Assembly (NCBI GenBank): GCA_030145085.1
Contig: JAQYWG010000001.1
Span: 1 to 60,553, forward strand
Reading direction: 5' to 3'
Length of the DNA: 60,553 nt
DNA from: Thermodesulfobacteriota bacterium
GTDB lineage: Bacteria; Desulfobacterota; BSN033; WVXP01; G020346125
Below, piece by piece: positions 7,746 to 16,440 of the stretch. Below the pieces are notes generated by a model, which was not told where the DNA came from, ran no database searches, and saw nothing but the letters and a program-made list of their open reading frames with translations. Made by a program: the position numbers and the translations under genes. How positions within the stretch are numbered: the stretch's first letter is position 1; each line of letters opens with the position of its first letter.

Positions 7746-8939
7746 GTGAAGTCCATGGGAAGTGATTGGATAGTTATGGCAACACGACAATCTACAGAAT
7801 CATGGAAGGGCAAGGTTAATCAGGGCGATGGATTAAAGGCCAGGGAGCGGGATGTGCAGAGGCAACACAAAGAGGTGCAGCAGCTCAGGACTTTTACCGA
7901 AAGCCTCATCCAAAGCATTAGCAGCGGTCTCATTCTCGTGAATACGAAGGAACAGATCACCTATTTCAATCGGGCGGCGGAGAAAATCCTGGGGTATTCA
8001 AGGAAAGATGTTGTTGGAAAACCCTTTACGATTTTTTCCCTGAAGGAGAAGAAGCAGACTATGTCCACTCCCTTTAAGAATCACGATGAAATGGATTCCA
8101 GAAGGGAGGGCGTTATCTTAAGAAAGGACAAGGTTGAGATTCCCATTGGGTTTAACATTACCGATCACTTGGATTCGCGCGGGGAGAGAATCGGTAAGAT
8201 CATCAGTTTCAGGGACATGACCAATGTCCTAAAACTCCAGGAGGAAATTCTCCGCATGGATCGATTGGTATCCTTAGGTGAGCTCTCCTCGGGAATCGCC
8301 CACGAAATTCGAAATCCCTTGGCGGGGATAAAAACGACGGCTCAAGCCCTGGGTGAGGAGATGGGACAAGATGACCCCAAGAGGGAATATCTCAATCGGA
8401 TCACCAAGGAAATTGATCGGCTGAACGAGCTGCTGAAGACCTTCTTCTCCTTCGCCAAGCCTCAGAAATTGAGCCTGGTGGTCTGTAATATCAGGGACAT
8501 CGTGAATGAAATCATTCCACTTCTCATTAAGAATATCGCCAATAGGGGCATCAATTTTACGGAGGAGTACGCCCGCAACCTACCAAAGGTCAGGGTGGAC
8601 TTTAATCAGATGCACCAAGTATTTTTGAACCTTTTCCTGAACGCGATCCAGGCGATGCCAAATGGTGGGGAGTTGAAAATTAAAGCAGAGGCCATCGCGG
8701 TGGCCCCATTAGTTAATCCCGGTAAGGATTACGTTCGAATATCGATTTCCGACACGGGGAAGGGAATCCCGGCCCATGGTATCAACAAGATTTTCGATCC
8801 ATTCTTCACCACCCGATCAAAGGGAATCGGTTTAGGGCTCTCCATCACGTATCAAATCGTCAAGAAGCATGGAGGGAACATACGGGTTGAAAGTAAAGTA
8901 GATAAGGGAGCAACCTTCATTATTACACTGCCGAAATAG
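7746..8939 (+). CDS. Soluble PAS sensor histidine kinase (NtrB/PilS-like, no TM segment)
   Basis: PAS (ITYFNRAAEKILGYSRKDVVGKPF). HisKA H-box SGIAHEIRNPLAGI. HATPase N, G1 and G2 boxes (NLFLNAIQAM, DTGKGI, GIGLGLSI). GTG at 7746; ATG alternatives at 7755 and 7776. Confidence 0.88.
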   Translation: MKSMGSDWIVMATRQSTESWKGKVNQGDGLKARERDVQRQHKEVQQLRTFTESLIQSISSGLILVNTKEQITYFNRAAEKILGYSRKDVVGKPFTIFSLKEKKQTMSTPFKNHDEMDSRREGVILRKDKVEIPIGFNITDHLDSRGERIGKIISFRDMTNVLKLQEEILRMDRLVSLGELSSGIAHEIRNPLAGIKTTAQALGEEMGQDDPKREYLNRITKEIDRLNELLKTFFSFAKPQKLSLVVCNIRDIVNEIIPLLIKNIANRGINFTEEYARNLPKVRVDFNQMHQVFLNLFLNAIQAMPNGGELKIKAEAIAVAPLVNPGKDYVRISISDTGKGIPAHGINKIFDPFFTTRSKGIGLGLSITYQIVKKHGGNIRVESKVDKGATFIITLPK

Positions 8940-8956
8940 CCTGATTAGGGGAGAAT

Positions 8957-10321
8957 ATGAAACCGGCCGTATTAGTCGTGGATGACGATGAGGTTATGCG
9001 ACAAACGCTCTCCGATGTCCTCAAGAAGAAGGGGTATGCGATCTCTACCGCGGAGACAGGCAGACAGACGATATCTTCTGTTAAGGAACATTTTTTTGAC
9101 TTGATTTTGTTAGATATCCGACTCCCCGATATGGATGGACTCGATGTTCTAAAGAGCATAAAAGAGATTGAAAGCGACCTTATGGTTATCGTAATGACCG
9201 CTTATTCCGATGTCCAGACAGCAGTCATGGCGATGAAGTCAGGGGCTTATGATTACATCGATAAGCCTTTTGAGCTGGAGGAGCTGAAAATCCTTATCCA
9301 AAAGGCCCTGGAGACGCAGAACCTAAAAAATGAAATCCGCCAGTTACGGCGACAGGGAAAGGAGAAACATGAGGGCATCGAAATTTTTGGTAATAGCCCT
9401 CTTATAAAGAATGTGATGGAGTTGATCGAGATGATCAGCCAAACCCCGAAGACGTCCGTTTTGATTCAAGGGGAGAGCGGCACGGGAAAGGAATTGGCCG
9501 CGAATGCCATTCATTACCGGAGTAAGAGAGTCAATAAACCGCTGATGAAGATCAATTGCAGCGCAATCCCGGAAAATTTGCTGGAGACCGAACTTTTCGG
9601 CTATGAAAAGGGGGCCTTCACCGATGCCAAGGGAACGAAGAAAGGCCTTTTTGAACTGGCCAATGGGGGAACGGTCTTCCTGGACGAAATCGCTGAGATG
9701 AAATCCTACCTCCAAACAAAGCTTCTAAGGATTCTGGAGAACCAAAGATTCATGAGGGTAGGGGGGGAAAGGGAAATCGTTGTCGATGTCCGAATTATAG
9801 CCGCCACCAACAAAGATTTATCAGCCTTGGTCAACGGGGGACAGTTTAGAAAGGACCTGTATTATCGCCTAAAGGTTATGGTTATTGAAATGCCGCCCCT
9901 GAGGGAGAGAGTGGAAGACATCCTGTCTTTGGGGAACCTCTTTATCGAGGAAAATAATAAGGAATTGGGAAAGAACGTAACGGGAATATCGGAGGCGGCA
10001 AGCGAATATTTGCTCAATTATCAGTGGCCTGGAAACGTAAGGGAATTGAAGAATATTATCGAGCGGGCTATGATCTTATCCAATGGCAAGGAAATACTAC
10101 CCGACCATTTCCCCATTGAGTTGAGGAAGGGGCAAATGGAGGGGCTCGAAGATCGGACTTCGGGTACCGAGGATCTCGCCCTGGAGACCGTGGAAAAAAA
10201 GCATATCATGGATGTTCTGATGATGATGGATGGGAATAAATCGAAGGCTGCGAGGATGCTGGGAATCTCTCGATCCACCTTAAGGGAGAAGCTGAAGAAA
10301 TATTCTATTGCTGCGGCTTAG
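8957..10321 (+). CDS. Sigma-54-dependent response regulator (NtrC/PilR family)
   Basis: REC (LILLDIRLPDMDGL). AAA+ Walker A GESGTGKE. GAFTGA-type loop GYEKGAFTDA. C-terminal Fis-type HTH (NKSKAARMLGISRSTLREKLKKY). Confidence 0.92.
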   Translation: MKPAVLVVDDDEVMRQTLSDVLKKKGYAISTAETGRQTISSVKEHFFDLILLDIRLPDMDGLDVLKSIKEIESDLMVIVMTAYSDVQTAVMAMKSGAYDYIDKPFELEELKILIQKALETQNLKNEIRQLRRQGKEKHEGIEIFGNSPLIKNVMELIEMISQTPKTSVLIQGESGTGKELAANAIHYRSKRVNKPLMKINCSAIPENLLETELFGYEKGAFTDAKGTKKGLFELANGGTVFLDEIAEMKSYLQTKLLRILENQRFMRVGGEREIVVDVRIIAATNKDLSALVNGGQFRKDLYYRLKVMVIEMPPLRERVEDILSLGNLFIEENNKELGKNVTGISEAASEYLLNYQWPGNVRELKNIIERAMILSNGKEILPDHFPIELRKGQMEGLEDRTSGTEDLALETVEKKHIMDVLMMMDGNKSKAARMLGISRSTLREKLKKYSIAAA

Positions 10322-10430
10322 TACTTCGACTCGCAAATCGAGTTATCTATTTCGCTCGTATTGAGCTCGCTGAAATAGTTGTGACATACTCCCTTCGGGG
10401 ATTGAGCACAAGCGGGAAAGGAGTAAACCC

Positions 10431-11489
10431 ATGCTATTTTCGAAGAAGGGCAACGTGGTCGGCTTAGATATCGGCTCCAGTTCCATCAAGTTGGTAGAAC
10501 TGGCAGAGATGAAGGGGGGCTATCAGTTGAGAAACTTCGGAATTGCTCCTTTACCCCCCGAGGGCATCGTCGATGGAGCTCTCATGGATTCGGTAACCAT
10601 CGTTGATTCGATCAAAGGGTTGGCCAGCGCTTTGAGGATAAAGAGCAAGGATGTGGTGATTTCAGTATCGGGTCATTCCGTAATCGTCAAGAAGATCAAC
10701 ATCCCTGAGATGACGGAGGATCAACTCGAGGAATCTATCCAATGGGAAGCTGAACGATATATTCCCTTTGACATCAATGACGTAAACATCGACTTTCAAA
10801 TTCTTGGTTCCACTGAGGGAAACGAGGAGTTGATGGACGTCATATTGGTGGCGGCAAAAAAGGACATCATCAATGATTATCTGTCCGTGATCCACGAGGC
10901 ACGCTTCAATCCCGTTATCGTTGATATTGATTCTTTTGCCCTCGAAAATATGTTCGAGGCAAATTACCCCGTAGCCCAGGACGAGGTTATTGCCCTCGCC
11001 AATATGGGGGCGAGTGTAACGAATATCAATATTTTGAAAAGAGGAATCTCTTCCTTCACCAGAGACATATTTACCGGTGGAAACGCCATTACCGAGGAGA
11101 TCCAAAGGCAACTTAATGTGGACTTTGATGAAGCCGAATCCCTGAAATTGGGCAATCGCATGGATGAAGCAAGTCAAAAGGTCGTACGAGAGGTCCTGGA
11201 CTCTGCCTTAAATTCCCTGGCTACCGAGGTTGCCAAGTCGTTGGACTTCTTCCGCTCCACGAGCGCTCAAGAAAAAGTCGATAAACTCTTTTTGAGCGGA
11301 GGCTGCGCAAAGATAAATGGTATTGAAAACGTCGTCGAACAACAGGCTGGCATCCCGGTCGAGATCGCCAATCCCTTCAAGGAGATCGATTGTTCCAAGA
11401 GGGATTTGGACGTTGACTATCTCAAGGAAATGGAGCCAATTATGGCCGTCAGTGTCGGCCTGGCTTTAAGGAGGGTAGGAGACAAATGA
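10431..11489 (+). CDS. pilM: Type IV pilus assembly protein PilM (actin-like ATPase fold)
   Basis: VGLDIGSSSIKLVEL...QLRNFGIAPLP...IQWEAERYIPFDINDVNIDFQIL; 352 aa; ATGA-coupled to pilN. Confidence 0.93.
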   Translation: MLFSKKGNVVGLDIGSSSIKLVELAEMKGGYQLRNFGIAPLPPEGIVDGALMDSVTIVDSIKGLASALRIKSKDVVISVSGHSVIVKKINIPEMTEDQLEESIQWEAERYIPFDINDVNIDFQILGSTEGNEELMDVILVAAKKDIINDYLSVIHEARFNPVIVDIDSFALENMFEANYPVAQDEVIALANMGASVTNINILKRGISSFTRDIFTGGNAITEEIQRQLNVDFDEAESLKLGNRMDEASQKVVREVLDSALNSLATEVAKSLDFFRSTSAQEKVDKLFLSGGCAKINGIENVVEQQAGIPVEIANPFKEIDCSKRDLDVDYLKEMEPIMAVSVGLALRRVGDK

Positions 11490-12031
11490 TTCGCATTAAT
11501 TTGTTGATGGCGAGGGCTGTTAGGAGGAAGGTGGGCCTCCGCAAGGAGATCTCCATTTCCGTCTTCGTTCTGCTTTTGGTCTTTTTCATCATCGGACTCT
11601 TGCAATGGATATACTGGAACCAATCGGCCGCGCTGGAGAGGCAGATCAAAGACAAAAAGGTGGAATTAGAGAAGCTGCTGGCTTTGAAACAACAGATCGG
11701 GAAGTATAAGGCGAACATAAAGCTTCTTGAGAAGAAATTAGAGATCATCAACGAATTAAAAAAGAATAAAGGGAGGCCGGTCCGGATCCTGGATGAATTG
11801 AGCACGCACATGCCTGATAAGATGTGTCTCCGGACGCTGAAGAAAAAGGGAGCCCAATTGGAACTGGAGGGGTGGGCGCTCTCCGATGAGGTGATCGCCA
11901 ATTTCATGACCAACCTTCAGCGCTCGAAATCTTTCCGCGGTGTCGAATTGATCGTTACCGAACGCTTTAAGCCTGAGGGTACAGACGTAAACATCAAGAA
12001 ATTTACCATCACCACTACCGTTATACAGTGA
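11486..12031 (+). CDS. pilN: Type IV pilus assembly protein PilN
   Basis: MIRINLL N-terminus that binds PilM, one TM segment, a coiled coil, and its position between pilM and pilO. Confidence 0.87.
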   Translation: MIRINLLMARAVRRKVGLRKEISISVFVLLLVFFIIGLLQWIYWNQSAALERQIKDKKVELEKLLALKQQIGKYKANIKLLEKKLEIINELKKNKGRPVRILDELSTHMPDKMCLRTLKKKGAQLELEGWALSDEVIANFMTNLQRSKSFRGVELIVTERFKPEGTDVNIKKFTITTTVIQ

Positions 12032-12729
12032 AGGGGGATGTCATGGCCGTTTCCATGGATTCCATTGCCAAGTTACCTGCATCGAAGAAGCTCCTTATCT
12101 TACTAGCGTCCGTAGTGTTTATCTCAGGTCTCTACACCTATCTCCTCCATCTTCCCCAGCGGGAGAAGCTGGATGGCCTGAAGCGGGAACTGGGCAAATT
12201 AAATAAGGAGTTGAAGGAGAGCCAGGCCGTCGAACGAGAGCTGGCTAAATTTCAGAAAGAGGACGAGGTCCTACAGAGGAAGCTTACCTTGGCCCTGGCC
12301 CAGCTTCCCAACAAGAAGGAGATTCCAAGTCTCCTTCGGAATATCTCAAGCCTGGGGAAGGGGTCGGGACTGGAGTTTCTCCTCTTCAAACCAAAACCCG
12401 AGGAACGCGTCGGAGCAAAACCCGGGACACCCGACAAGCAAAAACCCGGAAAATCCGGCAAACCAAAACCTGAAGAACCCCAGGAATTTTACGCCCGGGT
12501 TCCCTTGGAGTTGACCATGCTGGGGAGTTATCACAACGTGGCCATATTCTTCGATAAGATCAGCAAACTGGACAGAATCATCAACATCCTCAACTTCTCC
12601 ATGGGAGATGTAAAGCAAATGGGAGGCGAGACGGTGGTGAAAACCTCATGCCTGGCCACCACCTTTCGCTTTCTCGAGACCGAGGAGGGGGGCAGTGAAA
12701 AGAAAACGAAAACTAAGGGCGGGAAATAG
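12028..12729 (+). CDS. pilO: Type IV pilus assembly protein PilO, with Lys/Pro-rich insertion
   Basis: TM (LLILLASVVFISGLYTYLL), coiled coil, core (FYARVPLELTMLGSYHNVAIFFDKISKLDRIINI). GTGA overlap with pilN; alternative ATG at 12043. Confidence 0.85.
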   Translation: MKGDVMAVSMDSIAKLPASKKLLILLASVVFISGLYTYLLHLPQREKLDGLKRELGKLNKELKESQAVERELAKFQKEDEVLQRKLTLALAQLPNKKEIPSLLRNISSLGKGSGLEFLLFKPKPEERVGAKPGTPDKQKPGKSGKPKPEEPQEFYARVPLELTMLGSYHNVAIFFDKISKLDRIINILNFSMGDVKQMGGETVVKTSCLATTFRFLETEEGGSEKKTKTKGGK

Positions 12730-13279
12730 GGTGGTTGGAGGGTATTGCCTCAAGGCCCTCTTTGTGGTGGGCATTTCCCTTCTCCTCATCTGGGGCTGTG
12801 AAGGCGGATCGAAACCCGCTAAACCGACCGTCATAAAGAAACAGCGACGCCGTAGGCCATCTTCCCAAAAGAAGGAGGAAAAGGTGACGAATAAGGTTCC
12901 AGACAAAAAGAAGGAGCCTGTCTATACTTATAATCCCGCGGGGAAACGAGACCCCTTTAAACCCTTTATCACCCTGGGGCCCAAGAAGCCTACCGCCACA
13001 GCTCGCCTTACCCCCCTTCAACGATATGATGTGAGCGAGCTGAAGTTGGTGGGAATTTTGAAGGGACCGGCGGGATATCGGGCCTTGGTGGAAGATGCCA
13101 GCGGAAAGGGATTTATTGTCACCAAGGGAACCCTCATTGGCCATGAGAACGGGCGCGTTAAAGAGATCCGCAAGGATCGAGTAATCATCAAACAGACCCA
13201 TAAGGATATATTCGGTCAGATCAAAGAGAAAGAGATTTCCATACGTTTGAGAAAGCCTGAGGAAGGGGGAGTGAGATGA
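12695..13279 (+). CDS. pilP: Type IV pilus lipoprotein PilP
   Basis: Lipobox LLLIWGC. KRDPFKPF motif. Beta-sandwich region SELKLVGILKGPAGYRALVEDASGKGFIVTKGTLIG. GTG start at 12695, or at 12731 just after the pilO stop. Confidence 0.82.
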   Translation: MKRKRKLRAGNRVVGGYCLKALFVVGISLLLIWGCEGGSKPAKPTVIKKQRRRRPSSQKKEEKVTNKVPDKKKEPVYTYNPAGKRDPFKPFITLGPKKPTATARLTPLQRYDVSELKLVGILKGPAGYRALVEDASGKGFIVTKGTLIGHENGRVKEIRKDRVIIKQTHKDIFGQIKEKEISIRLRKPEEGGVR

Positions 13280-15969
13280 AACATTCATTTTTTAAGAAAC
13301 CAATTCGATGGATTTGCCCTTTGGGTTTCATTTTCCTCATCTATGCCCTCGGTAGCTGTGCTCGGGGGCCCACAAAACCAATGACACCGGAGACAATGGA
13401 GGGAATGTCCATCAGGATTAAGGAGATCAGTTTCCAAGAGGAACCCAATTACACCCGTGTCATCATAGAGGGATCTGAGCCCCTCAAATATACCTTCTTT
13501 AAGCTCCTGACGGACCCCCTTAGAATCGCCATCGATGTTCCCAACGGTGAATTTGAGGATATCCCCGTTCCCATCGAGGTGAACAACGGCACATTGACCC
13601 AGATCAACATCGGCCAATTTGAGGGGAAGGGGAGGGTTGAGATCGGTTTAACCCAGACGGTCAACTATAATATCACCAAGGTGGAGAAGAAGCTCTTTGT
13701 GGATGTGGAACGAGTGGGAGTGGCCGAGGAGAAGATCCCCCCGGAGGCCGTAAAAATAAAGGCGAAGGCGGAAAAGATCACCCAAATCCTCGTGGATAAA
13801 GGGGAGAAGGTGATCCATGTTACCTTGGTCGGGGATGGAAAGATAGGGAATTACAATTCCTTCAAGCTGGGAGACCCCCCGCGCCTCGTGATCGATATCT
13901 GGAATGTGGAAAAGGAATATCCGAAGAACCTCGTCCAGGTCGACCACCCTCTCCTGAAGAGGGTTCGACTGGGAAAGCACCCCAAGAAGGCCCGTTTCGT
14001 CTTCGATTCGGCTCGCCCCCAGATGCCACCGTTTCAGATCCAAAGGGCCGAGAACCGATTGATTGTCTCCCTTGGTATAGCGGAGGAGGCCCCCCCCAAG
14101 GTCGAGAGATTGGGGACGTTAACAGGAATCGATTTCAAACAGATGGATCACACATCGAGGATCATCGTCTCTACCTCTGATGCGGCTACCTACGATGTCT
14201 TCAAAATATCGAAAAAGGCAGTGGCCCTGGATCTGAAAAAAATGAGGGTACCAAAAAGATTGAGGAGGAGAGTGGATACCAAGGCCTTTTACAGCGCCGT
14301 TGATTATATCAACCTCTACAATGTGAAGTCGGAGACTTCTAGGGATGTGAGGATCATCGTTCGCCTGAGGGAAGGGGTTGATTTTGAGGCAACCCAAGAG
14401 GGCAAACGAATCTACCTGGATTTTGAGAAGCCGGCCAAGCCCATTGGCCACGGTCGAGCTATCAAAAAAACCGAACCAGATGAATCCCAGGTGGCGAAGG
14501 CGGAGGTGATCGTAAGTGAAGAGGTAAAGCCGAAATCCCAAGAGGCTAAGGCCGAGGCCCCCGAAGCTACGGGGGAATCCCCCGAGAAAAATCAGGCTCT
14601 CGAAAGAGAAGAGGTTCCTCAGGAAGGCCCAAAGGCCGCTCAAGAGGCTCCTGCTTTCGCTGAAAAAAAGGCCGAAAAAGAGGAGGCCCCTGCAGAGCTC
14701 CTGGGGGAAAAGGAAAGCATCCTAGACGTGTTGGTGGCCCAGAAGCAGTATACTGGGAGAAAGTTATCCCTGGATTTCAAGGACGCCGATATCAACAATA
14801 TCCTGAGATTGATAGCAGAGGTGAGCGATCTCAATATCATCGCCGGTGAGGATGTCAAGGGCAAGCTGACCATACGTCTCGTTGACGTCCCGTGGGATCA
14901 AGCCTTGGATATCATTTTACAATCCAACGATTTGGGCAAGGTGAGGATCGGTAACGTAATCCGGGTGGCCCCCATTGACAAATTGAAGAAGGAAGAGGAA
15001 GATGTGCTAGCCGCCAGGAGGGCCAAAGAAAAACTGGAGGACTTGAGCACCGAACTTATCAACGTGAACTACGCCACGGCCAAGGATTTGCAAGAGCAGG
15101 TTAAGGAGATACTGACCGAGCGGGGAACCGTCGGCGTAGACGAGCGTACCAACGTGCTGGTCGTCAAGGATATCCAGTCCGCCATCAATGAGGCGAAGGA
15201 ATTGGTCGCATCCCTGGATACCAAAACCCCTCAGGTATTGATCGAGGCCAGGATCGTCGAAGCCAACGCCGATTTTACCAGGGAGCTCGGGGTGGTTTGG
15301 GGGGGAACAGCTACAAAAATACACGGAAACAGAGCGAGTCCTAAGGGGACATCCACCATCTCCGGAGGGCTTCTCGGAACCGATACCCTGATCAACCTTC
15401 CCGTGGGGAACCCCGCGGGAGCCATCAGTTTCGGGTGGTTATCGGATGTTGCGGGACTCAGAAATTTAGATATTACCCTCCATGCCTTGGAGGAGTCGGG
15501 CGGAGGGAAGGTCATATCAAGCCCGAGGATCGCTACCCTGGATAACACGGAGGCCTACGTTGAACGCGGGGATAGGATCCCCTACCTGAAGGTAACCGAA
15601 GAGGGCACGGTCACGACGGAGTTCATCGAGGCCAACCTGAAATTGACCGTAACCCCCCATGTAACCAACGATGGAAACATCAAGCTGAAGATCAAGGCCT
15701 CCAATGATGAGCCGGATTTCGATCGGACAGTTCAGGGCGTTCCCACCATTAAGAAAAAGGAAGCCATAACTGAAGTCCTGGTCAGGGACAACGATATCGT
15801 TGTCATCGCGGGGGTCTACGACATCGATGAGGGGAAACAACAGACGGGAATTCCCTTCTTCTCCAGAATTCCCCTTATTGGGTGGTTCTTTAAGTATGAA
15901 AAGAAGACCGTTATAAAAGAGGATCTCCTGATCTTTATCTCCCCCAAGATCTTGAAGGATTGGGTGTAG
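13276..15969 (+). CDS. pilQ: Type IV pilus secretin PilQ with three N-terminal AMIN domains
   Basis: 897 aa. Lipoprotein-like signal (LIYALGSC). Three AMIN-like repeats of about 100 aa. E/K/A/P-rich linker. N0/N1 (LSLDFKDADINNILRLIAEVSDLNII). Secretin core (VLIEARIVEA...GIPFFSRIPLIGWFF). Confidence 0.93.
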   Translation: MKHSFFKKPIRWICPLGFIFLIYALGSCARGPTKPMTPETMEGMSIRIKEISFQEEPNYTRVIIEGSEPLKYTFFKLLTDPLRIAIDVPNGEFEDIPVPIEVNNGTLTQINIGQFEGKGRVEIGLTQTVNYNITKVEKKLFVDVERVGVAEEKIPPEAVKIKAKAEKITQILVDKGEKVIHVTLVGDGKIGNYNSFKLGDPPRLVIDIWNVEKEYPKNLVQVDHPLLKRVRLGKHPKKARFVFDSARPQMPPFQIQRAENRLIVSLGIAEEAPPKVERLGTLTGIDFKQMDHTSRIIVSTSDAATYDVFKISKKAVALDLKKMRVPKRLRRRVDTKAFYSAVDYINLYNVKSETSRDVRIIVRLREGVDFEATQEGKRIYLDFEKPAKPIGHGRAIKKTEPDESQVAKAEVIVSEEVKPKSQEAKAEAPEATGESPEKNQALEREEVPQEGPKAAQEAPAFAEKKAEKEEAPAELLGEKESILDVLVAQKQYTGRKLSLDFKDADINNILRLIAEVSDLNIIAGEDVKGKLTIRLVDVPWDQALDIILQSNDLGKVRIGNVIRVAPIDKLKKEEEDVLAARRAKEKLEDLSTELINVNYATAKDLQEQVKEILTERGTVGVDERTNVLVVKDIQSAINEAKELVASLDTKTPQVLIEARIVEANADFTRELGVVWGGTATKIHGNRASPKGTSTISGGLLGTDTLINLPVGNPAGAISFGWLSDVAGLRNLDITLHALEESGGGKVISSPRIATLDNTEAYVERGDRIPYLKVTEEGTVTTEFIEANLKLTVTPHVTNDGNIKLKIKASNDEPDFDRTVQGVPTIKKKEAITEVLVRDNDIVVIAGVYDIDEGKQQTGIPFFSRIPLIGWFFKYEKKTVIKEDLLIFISPKILKDWV

Positions 15970-15984
15970 GCACCTCATAGGGAT

Positions 15985-16002
15985 TTTCCGTTTCAACGGA
16001 AA
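15985..16002 (+). terminator. Short hairpin after pilQ (weak terminator candidate, no U-tract)
   Basis: TTTCCGTT-tc-AACGGAAA lies 16 nt after the pilQ stop. No T-run follows it. Confidence 0.3.
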
Positions 16003-16334
16003 CAATCGCGGCAAAGGGATGGAGGATCTACCCTGACAAATCCTCGTAGTCTCCCTTGTGCGTATTATCCTGGAAAACGGGATAGATCCCAAAATGCGAT
16101 AGCCTTCATCTTTCAAAAAATTTTTCCGTAATCATTCCCTACCTCTTCTGGATATGGTTGATTCCCACCCGGTCGACAATTTCCCAATGAACGCCTGCTG
16201 ACACAATTACAACTTGAGACGTTCCAGCAGGGGCAAAATCCATAAATCCCTATATAATCAATAGATTACAAAAACATTTACCATCAAGGCCGGGAAGCTC
16301 CAGCCACGGCATCATGGCAGATACGTGGGCAATT

Positions 16335-16343
16335 TGCTATAAT
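16335..16343 (+). promoter_or_regulatory. Extended -10 sigma-70-type element TGCTATAAT upstream of aor
   Basis: TGcTATAAT lies about 100 nt upstream of ATG 16441. There is no convincing -35. Confidence 0.35.
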
Positions 16344-16440
16344 TTTTAATCGTGTGAACATCGATGATCGCGATGGAGGGTTTGAAGAACTCGCCCTGCA
16401 ATGATGGCCCGATTAACATGAAGAGAGAAATGAATGGCCT

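Noticed and set aside
14090-14097. Homopolymer runs as phase-variation switches: C8 in pilQ, G7 in pilB (31363-31369), G7 in pilC (33194-33200), G7 in pilQ (15299-15305)
   Set aside because: Equally long G/C runs occur in housekeeping genes (aor, dnaJ, both activators). They look like a codon-usage consequence (GGG/CCC codons), and at 7-8 nt they are short for slippage.
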